DNA of 64,000 nt from Aplysia californica (lineage: Eukaryota), in contig NW_004797382.1 of NCBI RefSeq assembly GCF_000002075.1, positions 94,072 through 158,071 on the forward strand. Reading direction: 5' to 3'. Below are positions 12,501-24,500 of the stretch, in pieces (position 1 is the first letter of the stretch; every line of letters starts with the position of its first letter). The translations under genes were made by a program, and so were the position numbers. The notes beneath the pieces were generated by a model. That model did not search any database and was not told where the DNA came from. It was given only the letters and a program-made list of their open reading frames with translations.

Positions 12501-15500
12501 TTATCACCCTCTGCGTGGAAAAAGACCCCCAAAAAAGCAGACAGAAATAGAACTAGCAGTTGAGAAATAAAGTAGAAATTCTAACAAGCACCAGTATGAC
12601 TTTAACAAGTCAAAAAGAATGATTAATCACATAAATACACTGAAAATTTAATGCACAAAAGGATGAAACATTAATTGACTAAAAAACCCACAACACAAAA
12701 ATTTGTACACAGCACACTATTTTCTTCTCAGTCACAGTACACTATTATTGAAGACAATCATCTTTTTGCCAACAATTTACAACGGTGGCCTTATTTTCAG
12801 GTCAATAAATGGAGGAATCTTTTAATCCTCTCCTACACACATAAAACTTTCCGTTTCCCTTTGAGCAAGTGAGAAGACTCTGGATAGAGCCACAATCATG
12901 CACAGCTGAGAAAAAAAAGCCAAAGACTGAAAAAGAAATGACCAAAAAACAGCATATTAACCAACAACAGCCACCCATTTCTCTTTTCAAAGCATTCCGT
13001 TGCACGTTGGGCACAACTGATCAAACACACCTGAGCGGTCTCCACTGCTGCGCCTGTCTCCACCAGAGCTTTCGTTATCTGCACGTCTGGATCGGGGTCT
13101 GAAATCAAACAAGTAACGCTGCCTGAACACAAAGAAAGAATCTAGGGACATTTCTTATTCAATACAAATAATTTAAATATTGGGTCTCAATTCTATGATG
13201 CACATTCCTGCTCTATCATAGCTTCATACACTTAACATTACAGGAACATATACAATTATCCATCAGCATATATATAGGATAGGACGCTCATCAATTTTAG
13301 GGCATGGAGTTATTGGTTTAATCTTAAAGCTTATTATTTGTCTTTCTTTTGGTGAAAATAATACCCATCTGTCTTGAATAGAAGTCCAGATATTTGCGAT
13401 TGAAGGTGGGGGTAACCTGTTTTCTGCAGTAATTTTAGCAAGAAAATGGCCGCCAAAATTTGGTAACTTCTATAGCTTGAGAGTCCTTGGAAACTGAAAA
13501 TGTACATATTTTGTGCCATAAATCAACATTTTATTTTTATATGGTCCTTAGCTGCCCCCCCCCCCCAAATGCGACAAAAATTGCCTCACTGAAGGGAAAA
13601 TGCTTGTTGCTTCGATTTCATTATTTTGAAGAGCATTTGATTTCACCATGATGCCTCACATATATATGCTCAAGTGAATCTACATCAATGACAAATATCA
13701 AAAGTTCCGGCAGTAAAACAGATGTGTTGTTTTAGAGGCAGGTTTGATCTCATGACCTACAATTTTTCAATCACTCTCAGAAACAGAAGCAGTGGCATCT
13801 GTTGTCTAGTGGTAAGGCAGCTGAACCCCAACCATGAGCTTGCCATTTCAAAGGTTCGAGGCTCAGCTCAGTCGAATACTGTGTCCATGGGAAAGGCCAT
13901 TAACAACAATTTTCCCATTTGGCCCAGTCCTATCAAAGATGGACACTAAATTTGAAGCACCTGCCTCTTTAATCTCTTTAAAGCTTTAATGTTGAAAGAG
14001 GTGTTAAATCTACACAATTTCGCACATTTCTGTTCTTGGGAATAGAAAAAAACAGTCAACCCCAATATTTGCAAGATTGGACATGCATCTTACTTAAGTA
14101 CAGAAAAAATTAGCTTTAAAAGTTGACTTTGAACGTTATATATTTCCAGCCTTGCTTTCCACCTTTTGAGTAAGCGAACACATAACACATAACATATCTG
14201 TGTGGTCTAGAAACTGGATGTAGTCACACTGATTAAGCTGCCCAGCACAGAGGAAACCGGGAGCTTTAGTACATGTGACCTGTGCGAGTTCTCTGTTCCT
14301 ACCACTTACAACTCACAGAGACACAACACACTCAGGTCTGCAAGCTGTCATGGGTAGGATACTTACTTCTACACACACAAAAAGATATTCGTTATAAACC
14401 GTAAAAATATTTCAGCAGTAAATCCCCCTCAATTCAGAGCAGGCACCAAAAAACATTTATTTCGCTGAACTGAGCCAATTCATTTTCTGCATGAAAATTG
14501 AAATTGAAAGGCATAATCCTTAAATCACAATGATATTTTGGTGACAATAGAAAACATCCTTGAATTCCTAAACAGAAGACTTCTGAGACATAGCATCAGA
14601 ATATATCAATTACTATTCAGATAAATCAGTGCCTCAAACATGCATCTATGGAATATCTTTTTTAAAAATATAGTAGAGCGTTTTACAGCGATCGCAACTG
14701 CATAAGGTCATATGAGCGCCAAGGGGTGGGTATCAACAGAGAAGTCTTTACAGGGAATCAGACTTACTCTGCTCACCTCTCTAGCTCAAGGTCTGCTTCG
14801 ACTATCAAGGCACACCGGAAATAGCGGGTCACAAGAGAGTGACAAACATACAAAAGAAGTTAGAGGAAAATGACAATAGTAAGGATTAGGAAAGAAAAAG
14901 CAGATGAATCAGACCATTTACAATTCTACTGTGCTTGAACAAGAAATGTCCCCCCTTTGGGAATGGCCTAAAGACACTAGTCAGTGGCACTGCCCCGGGG
15001 GGTCAATTATGGAAGCCTGGAAAATGAAATCACAGCATCCTTGTTGCTGGAATAATTAGTTACTACTTTTCTTTACATGGTGAGTAAAAATTGTTTGAGC
15101 TACTCATACTTCTTGTGACAGTAACGCATGAGCTTTTGTAAAACACACAAGAAGAGAAAAACATACAATGCTGTAAACAAAGTAGTATTCTGTGATTTTT
15201 TTTAATGAGACACCCTCTCTTCACAAAATAATGTGAGCCAGCATTCACATGTAGTCACACTGATTAAGCTGCCCAGCACAGAGGAAACCGGGAGCTTTAG
15301 TACATGTGACCTGTGCGAGTTCTCTGTTCCTACCACTTACAACTCACAGAGACACAACACACTCAGGTCTGCAAGCTGTCATGGGTAGGACACTTATTTC
15401 TACACGCACGAAAAGATAACCGTTATAAACCATAAAAATATTTCAGCTGTAAACCCCTCTCGGCATCATTTCAGAGCAGGCACCCCAAAACATTCATTTC

Positions 15501-18500
15501 GCTGAACTGTGAAAAGACTAAATGAACAAAACAGGATAAGGAAAACAAACAAAAGCAATTGCTATCATTATTGATCGCGTTTACGCTTTTATTTTTTAAA
15601 AATTGGATCATTGAGGAAGCCAGTCGTTTCGAACCCGGCTGTTCGAGCCAGCCTGTGCTAAAGGGGGAGCAATTTTCAAACAGGAACTACAAAAACAATT
15701 GACATTTGAAAATATCTCTGGAAACAATTTATCTTTTGCATGAAAATTGAAGAGCGCTCCTTAAATCACAGACATCTGTATTTTGGTGACAATAGAAAAC
15801 ATCCTTGAATTCCTAAATAGAAGACTTCTGAGACAGCATCAGAATATATCAATTACTATTCAGAAAATTCACTGCCTCAAACATGCAACTATGTAAGCCT
15901 GGAAAATGAAATCACAGAATCCTTGTTGCTAGAATAATAAGTTACTACTTTTTTTACATGATGAGTAAAAATTGTTCGAGCTACTCATACTTCTTGCGAC
16001 AGTAATGCATGAGCTTTTGTAAAACACACAAAAAAAAAAAAGAAGAATGCTGTAAATGAAGTAGTATAGTGTACTTTTTAAACAAGACATCTCTTCACAC
16101 TAAAAAAAATAGGATTCAGCATTCACATGTAGTCACACTGATTAAGCTGCCCAGCACAGAGGAAACCGGGAGCTTTAGTACATGTGACTTGTGCGAGTTC
16201 TCTGTTCCTACCACTTACAACTCACAGAGACACAACACACTCAGGTCTGCAAGCTGTCATGGGTAGGAATATCAATCCTACAAACAAAAAGCCCATTAAA
16301 ATATTTGTACCAATCTCCATTCATTAGAGCAATTTAAAACCAGCGACCAACTCGGAAATTGATTTCCCACTGCTATACGAAGAAAAAAAACCTGGACACA
16401 GAGTAAACAAAATTCAGGGCAGAAATCAAACTTGTAGAAAAGTACGAGTGGCACTGCATTGATAAATAACTAGAAACACAAGAGAGACGCACACAAAAAT
16501 TGTACCTCTCCACTTCTCATTTCATACCAGAGAGAGGAGACATGTACAATATTTTGCCTTCTCTAATACTAGAACAGCCTAACTAAATAAAACATAAAGG
16601 CATAGTAAAGTCTTAAATCAAGGCGTACCTTTTCGAAGACCACTCTGTTAAGATACATGTATTCTCATTCTCAGGCAGTTTTCTCCCACAGAAATTTTGA
16701 ACAGAATCCTTCTGCCCAGAGTCTTCTACACTACTCAGTAGCCACAACAGAAACAACACTCCAGCAATATCGCGAGCCACAACACTCAGACCACAGAGGT
16801 AAGAGGGACAAACTTACCCAACGTCATCCTTGCCTTTGAGTTTTTCCTCAATCTGTTTCTCCCGAGCATACGTATCAACGGGTTTGGCCGCGCCAAAAAT
16901 GGACGAGCGAGTGCTCGGCTGGTTCTCTTTCTCCACAGGTTTGGAGCGAGGCTGAAGCTTTAGCCGTGGCCGCTCTGTCGGTGCATCCCTGCGCTCTGCA
17001 CCAGGAAGGACAAGTAATGTTAAGATTTTTTTCTTTTCAGTTCAACAAGAACAACACAATCATGACGTGTTTTTAGCTGAGAATTAGAGAATTGTTGATA
17101 GAAAAATGACAATCATTGGCTGTCATTCAGGGTTATAACGAATAAAAATGAAAGACAAATCATTCACGAAGAAAAAAGTAGTTGTTATATATCTGTATCA
17201 GTGAGGCTTTATTTCTTAGCAAAAACAAAAGAAATCAAACATTTCCACTCATGTACATACACCATCATACTCAATTTAATAAAAGCTCATAAAAGACAAG
17301 AAAATGTTAGGAAAATGAACGAACCTTGGCTGCCATCCCGGCTTGCAGGTCTGTTGAAAATGAAAAAAAGTACAAACTTACATCAATATACATTAAAATG
17401 TGCTGACCAAAATTTATTGTCCCAACAAAAAGAAAAGAACTTGCAGACATCTTAAACGTTTTTTTTAAACAAACAAACAAAATACGCATCTGCTTGAGGG
17501 GAAAATAGCAAGTGAAACAGTAAACCAAGATTTCTTAGTGCCAAGAAAGAGAGGTAAAAAAAATATTTGAGGGACACATTGTCTGGAGATCTGAGGACTA
17601 TAATAACATCCCTGGTAGGGCTTGGGGGGGCCTGAGAAACATGCACCTTTTATTGTTACTTTACTGTTGCCTTTTTATTTCATAAACTGTGTGCTTCTAA
17701 CGGCTTCGTTGACTCAATCAATCTTTCTTTTTCATGGTCTTCCCTCTGCCATAAAACCATAAAATTCCACATTGTAAGTAGGCCTTCGATGCTGGCTGTT
17801 GTGGCCCCATTCTCAATAATAGAACTAAAAGAGGATTAAAACTGCCTTAGATAACCCAGTGTCCTTATCTAAATGCACCAATATTATTCAGAAGAAACCA
17901 CAAATCCATAGTTATTACAAGTGTGCCACAGATTTTTATAAAAGTAAGTAACATAGAGAAGATAAAATGCAGAGTAACAGCAAAGTTTGGCCATGGTCAA
18001 ACTAACTCAAGTACTGAAAGAGCGATGCCTTAAAGTGGGGTGAACATTTCGAACATGTTTTCCTAAGACATGAAAAAGAAGCGTAGTATCGAGAAAAACT
18101 AAGATATATCAAACTTGGACAAACCTGCGATCAAATCCATCATCCCGACGTCCTCTGTTGTAATCGTCGCGTCTTCCACCTCCGTATCTGTCATCAAAAC
18201 CTCCACCAGAACCACCAAATCGGCCTAGCAAACACAGACAATACAAAGCAATCAATATTTTGTTTCAGTAAGCATAACTGTACTTACTACACAAATAGGT
18301 CACAAATGTGCCAAATTTTCAATGTCACAAGAGAGTAACAAATACAAACAAGAAGGAGAAGAAACATGCCTCCCTAGTTCAAGATCCAAAAATGTGTAAA
18401 AGAAAAGATGATTTTGAGTAATTTGAGACAAAAAAGTGTAATCACACACGCAGTTAGATTTCTGGATGCTCTGACTTGGACAAATTTCGCGCACTCAAGC

Positions 18501-21500
18501 AAACCACACCAGTGCACCCGCCAACAACCCACAAAGACTGCTCATTTGAATAATGAGAAGTACACTCACATGAAACAGCATTAAAAAAAAAAACAGGAAA
18601 AAGAAAACAGTGACTACTTGTTATACCCTCCAGCCCTCCTTATACAAAATATGGAAATACTACCAATTTTCAGTTATAATGCCTGAAAAATAAAACTAAA
18701 TTAGTGAAATCCTCAACAAAAAGGCTTTGTGCCACCTGCCAAAACAGCATATACAGTAATTCGCTAAGCGAAAAGTTGTTTCTACACAAACAAAATTTTG
18801 TTGAGTCAAACAATATCAAAGACTGGAAATTATTGCTCAACTCACTGACTCAAGGTTATCTCACTTACTTTCAATCATATACAAAGAATTATTCATTTAC
18901 TTAGTCCACAATGACAGCAAAAACTGTAGCCAAACAACCTCCCAAAACCAACCGGTACCCCCCCCCCCCCCCCGTTCAGAACATGTGCAAAACATAAGCA
19001 AAGCTGCCAACTTTTCAAAACCAAAAAACAAGCCTCGCCCCAGGGGGCAGGGTCAAGATGGTAGGCCCTGTTCGGTCAAGTGTTTTCCCCCCCCCCCCCC
19101 CCCCCCACTTACACATTAAATAAATTCAAGCTATGGAAAGCAAACCTTGCAACCATAACGTCAAAAGATCTATCAAAAATGTTTAGTCAAGATCTTCCAA
19201 ATTGACTTATCATTATTCGCAAATCTGGTCTAGAAAAATCATAATTTTCATCAAGTCCACAGGCGCATTACTAGAAAACAGAGAATATAATTTTCTTATT
19301 TTCTGACACTAGAATTGACTTCCTTGCACAGACTCTCAAAAACGCATGTTTTTATATACTGGTTGGCAGCTATGCGTGTGTTGCAAGGATCTCATATCTC
19401 CACACCATGAAAGCCTTGTGAACAAACAATAGCCAAAAGTACTGTGGGCTTTCCTATTTTTTCCTACAACAGGTCAGCCCCTTCACTGCCGCAAAAACTA
19501 ACTTGATATTGGCATTATTGCTGTGGCTGAAAACAGAACAATGTGTACTAAAAAGTTAAATTTCTCACTTCCGAATGGTAGTGGAGACATGTGACTTGCT
19601 AGAGACGATAGACAAATTATTCAGCCATTGTCTTAGAAAATTTATTAAAAAAAAAAAAAAAAGCACTGGTACATTTTTTTCATCTCACAGTGCCAAATTG
19701 TTTAATTTCAAGGCCAGAGATTCATTTACAAGGCAGTTAGCAGTTTAAATAGAGATGAAGCAAACTCGGGCGAAGCATCAAATGGGATAACAAATTCCCC
19801 CCTCCCTCCCACACCCTAAAGTAGATATTTTTGTTTTAACTATTATGTCTCAGTATTTGACTTTACTACATACATAACTGCATTTTGCAGCTGTAAGTGA
19901 AGCCATGAACCTTAGTTTTCTCTTGTAATGTGTTCATAAGCAAACAGAAGGTCTGTGATATAACAGACGACACTGCAGGTTTCTGTAGTCTCTTTTAATA
20001 TTACGAGACAGAAAAAAAGACACTCATACTCACAGCAGAAGGGCACACGAAACAAAAAGGAAAAAAAAACTGACTTCAAAAATAAGAGTGAGTAGTCATC
20101 ACATGTAAACGAGATACTCATAAAGGTTCTTAAAACTCAGTTGACTTCATGAAGTTGATGGGTGTTTTTAGATAGCACCCCAAAGCAAAGCAAATGCCAG
20201 CAAGCCAGTCAAGCTGCTGCTACACAAAGTAGTTTGTGCTTACCCCCGTCTTCACGGTCCCGATTGAAGCCGTAACCTCTCGATCGGTCTCCCCCTCGAC
20301 TGTCGCCGTAGCCACCTCTGTCACGACCATCATAACCCCTATCGTTGCTATAGCGATCGCGATCACCGTAGCCTACAAGGGGAAATAACAAAGGAGCAAA
20401 CAAAGAGACAGCCTGTCTCAATGAATGACCATAGGGACATAACTAAAGGAAAAAAAAACATTTCATAAAAATCAAGCTGGTGCCTCGTCCAAATTTTAAA
20501 CAGGCAAATCTTGAACTTTTATCGTTTTGCATGTTTAGAGCTCTCCAGTCTTGTGGTAAAGTCTCACTAAAAACAAATTAGATATTCTGTGAGGTAAGGG
20601 AGAAGGCTCTTTTTAAATAAGTTTATTTAATGGGGACTTCAACCCTACACCATACACAACTTGGAACCCCCAAGACAACATCCTCTTGTTTAACAGAAAA
20701 TACTCCATCCTCCCCGCACCCCCCAAAATAATCGTAAAAAAAACTTACCTCTATCTCTGTCTCCACCGTAGCCTCTATCTCTGTCGCCACCAAAGCCTCT
20801 GTCCCTGTCGCCACCGAAGCCTCTATCTCGGTCAAAGCCACGGTCTCTGTCTCCACCAAAACCACGATCCCGGTCACCACCAAAACCACGGTCCCGATCA
20901 CCAAAACCACGATCACGATCTCCGCCATACCCTCTGTCCCGATCGCCAAAGGAACCACGATCTCTGTCACCACCAAATCCTCTGTCTCTGTCAAACCCGC
21001 GATCTCTATCTCCAAAACCGCCTCCCCTGTCCCGGTCACCGCCGAAGCCCCTATCTCGATCGCCGAAGCCCCGGTCCCTGTCGCCATAGCTTCTGTCAGA
21101 GAAACCACCTCTATCGCGATCACCATAGCGACCACCTCTGTCAGAATCTCTCGATCCGAAGCTGCTGCCATCTGGAAAGGAAAAAAACAACAAAAGAAAA
21201 GCAATGAAAAATTTGATAATAACCATAAAAAAAAACAAGATCAATTTAGCCGTTACAAGGTACCAGTTATGTTGCATAAAAAAAAAAAAAGATAAATTAA
21301 GCCGTTTCAAGGTATTAGCTGTAAGATACACGACTGTTTACTTGATAATGATACAGTGAACCATCAAAAACAGTCAAACCAGAACATCTTTTACGAAAAA
21401 GTGTAAAAAGGCTCAATGGCCTTGGTAGGCTACCAGACTCATTACCATGAAGTTGCGGGTTCATGGGCTCAAGGATCAGTTTGGCCCATGAAGGTGAACG

Positions 21501-24500
21501 GATAAGAAAGATCTTTTAGCATCTGAAAAATGACAGCTTGTACGGCATGCTTCCCTCGAAGCCAAGAATGTTCTTAAGAGTGCTAGGGTCTGCTGGGGTA
21601 ATAAAAATAGTTTAAACCATAGAGCATGGATATGCAGACCTGCAACTCTATGAAATCTAAAAATCCGGATTTTAGAGTTTAAAAAATCAGGATCTGGTGA
21701 AAAAAATCGGGATCAACGGAAAATCAAGCCATAAGGGATACTGGGGGCTTTTATGAGGCAAGTATGCAAGAGAAACTTGAAGAAGTTCACGTTTGGGCCT
21801 CTAAATAGAGAGAAAACTGAAAGACAGCATTACTCGAGTCGGAGTTGGATAGACTGGGGGAGCGCAGGTTGCAGTAAAGCTGAAACTCTCGCCGTCTTGA
21901 AAATAGCTGACACATAACTGTAATCATCCCTCTAAAAGCCAGCGTTTTCATACAGTAACGTTTGACTTCCATCGCATATACACTCAAGGCACCCCCCCCC
22001 CCCCCCCCCCGGAAAAAAAGATCATGCCAAGGTTGTTCATTTATTTCTTTTTTCTTATTCCTTCATCCTCAATTAGATTCTACATGTATCACAGCACGCA
22101 CTTTAAGCCCAAGTGTCATAAGAATACCCCACCCCCTCCCCCAGTCCACATTGGTTAAGTCCCGAAAAACACCTTGACCAATGCGAATGAACTTTGTTGA
22201 CCCCGACAGCCGACGGTTCCCGACACACACGCTACTCACACGTACGAGGTCATGTCCCGTGTTGCGAATGAGCGTTTGAAAGTTCCACTGACAGGTCTGA
22301 TGGGCCCGACTAACCAGAACTCAGATGAAGCTTGCTTTTACAGCAACGGCAGAACAACGAATAGATTATTTTTAGGCCCATGGCATAATTGTTGCAGTAA
22401 TCTGGACACCATCAGAGAATTCTGGGTTATAAAAGCGAAAGCAGATCTTGAGAGTATCCATGTCGGAATTCAAAATCGATACTGCGTCAGTTTTAGTTGA
22501 AATAACGTGCGTGAGTCATCTACTAGATTCGGCATAGATGCTTTAGAAAGTAGCGTTTCAAGTTGCTGAGGATAAAAAAATCCAATCGGTGCTTCCAAGC
22601 AAAAGAGATTGCAGAACTTTTTATATTTTTTTACCTAGAATCGGACGCAACAGGCGCAACGACAAAAAAATCAGGATACTGGCGATCGAAATCGGGAAAA
22701 TCAGAATGCTTTGAGATTTGGGGCAAAAATCGGGTTATCCCGATTAAATCGGGATGAGGGGCAGGTCTGGGATATGCTTTACATAATGCAATTGTAAATC
22801 ATCATTATTATTTCACTCGACATCATTCTCTAGCCAAGACAGCTCCTCCTCACTCCAACATACAACCTAAACACTTGAGGCATCGGCGAGAACACAAACA
22901 CTCACTGTCCATGCTAGGCGGGTCTCGCCTTCTCCAGTCTCCCTCAGTGCGGTCCGGCTCATTGCTACGGTTACCGCGACCACCCTCTTGATTCTTATCT
23001 GAGGCCAGGTCGACACGGATGTTACGGCCCATGTATTCCTGTGGGTTAACGCAAACATATGAGTGTCAAGTTCATACAAAAGCACATAACTATGAATAAA
23101 TTTAGTCATTTTACGTAACGTCACCTCAGAACTATTTTGTCAAAAGTGAACTTAGCTATTAACACATTACACTCTAACTTGCCTGTGATCGTCCACTCCG
23201 ACCAGGTGTCTTTAGAAACGAAGTCTCGCCTTGATGAGACTCTAGGGCCCAGATTTCACTTTACATGGTTATTGGAAAATGTTTCTTCATCCATTTGATA
23301 CCAAAACAAAATTTTGCTGGACAGCAGTTTTAGTATTAAAGCCGATCGAAGTGCTATTGCGTTTCCCACACTTCGAAAGTGTCTCGGCTTGTTGAACAAT
23401 GGAGTTAGAAAAAGGAAATAACAATGGATTTCAGAAAGAACAAGTAAATGACAAATAAGATGAATCAAATTTTGATGCAAACGTAGCAAGAGTTTGAGGC
23501 GATTCAGATTAATCAGATGAAGAATTTACCGGGCTGACACTGAGTGAAAGTGACAGGTCAGACACTCCGATTGAACTAAAGTTTAAAACATTTCCTACAG
23601 TTTGTGCATATAAAGTTATATTTTTCTGAAACTATATTCATTTCTTTTTTTTCTTTTTTCAGGATTTTTGAAATTTGTTTTATATGCTTGTATTCACGGG
23701 AGGTGGGTTCCTTTCTTCCCTTTGCCCAGGATTTGGGAATAGACTTCACGTCCAGATCCTTTGAGTGTAAAAGTGTTAAGTCACTTTGGACACTTCTGAG
23801 GCAACGCGATATCAAGGTAAAAAATATAACCAAAAAAACCCAAACGAAATTGCTTTGCTTACCCTGTGAGGTAGAATCAAACTGAGGGAAGAATCTTTCT
23901 TGTGACAGCAACGATATGTTGCAAAACCAGTAAAAATGAAAATATACCCAACTCCACCCCCCCCTTCAATATTCCCACAAGTGTTTGATAAACATCACTG
24001 GCAAGAACTATATTTCTTTTCCACTGTTGTTAAAGTGGGTATTTCTCGCTTTTATTTTTATCCATACAAAATGGAACATTATCATATCGACATGCTTCGC
24101 TTTCCTAAAACTATCAAAACTCACTTTGTCGTGGTAGGTGAGGGCCTCCAGGAGCGACTCCCGTGTCAGGAAGTCTACATAGGCGTAGCCGCGCGGCCGG
24201 CCACCGTCACTGATGATACGGATCATGTCCACCTGAGGACAGGTAGTGGGACAAACAGTTAGTGTAGTTTTAGTAGAGGTTTTATGGCATTCGCAGCTGC
24301 ATAAGGTCATATGAGCACCAAGGGAAGGATGTCAACAGAGAAGTCCTTACAGGGAATCAGGCTTACTCTGCTCACCTCTTTAGCTTCAACAGCACAAAGT
24401 CTGCTTCCACTATCAAGGCACCCTGGAAATAGTGGGTCACAAGAGTGTGACAAACATACAAAAGTAGTAGAGTAGCAGTAGAAAGGCTGCAGAAAGAGCC

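Larger units (their letters stand above)
14216..16268. repeat. Tandem duplication of ~0.9-1.0 kb units carrying the H/ACA RNA
   Basis: Spacers 14360-15246 and 15391-16124 share diverged blocks (e.g. ttttggtgacaatagaaaacatccttgaattcc) with unit-specific insertions. Confidence 0.9.

Noticed and set aside
16069-16266. Repeated 65-aa ORF (also 26261, 36970)
   Set aside because: Antisense to the H/ACA candidate; recurrence reflects duplication, not coding.
14216-16268. CRISPR-like or hammerhead/retrozyme interpretation of the tandem repeat
   Set aside because: Eukaryotic intron, homologous ~0.8-kb spacers, no cas genes, and no CUGANGA/GAAA hammerhead core seen.
17590-17750. Exon-like segments in intron 8 (17608-17632 and 17688-17746)
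   Set aside because: Stops in the required frame or poor splice sites; the 26-nt microexon already restores phase.
17848-17873. Hairpin TTAGATAA...TTATCTAA as another intronic snoRNA
   Set aside because: No convincing H/ACA or C/D box arrangement around it.
20623-21207. 193-aa and 173-aa ORFs overlapping exon 6 (and copies at 41524-42108)
   Set aside because: Alternative-frame and antisense shadows of the DRDRG repeat exon.
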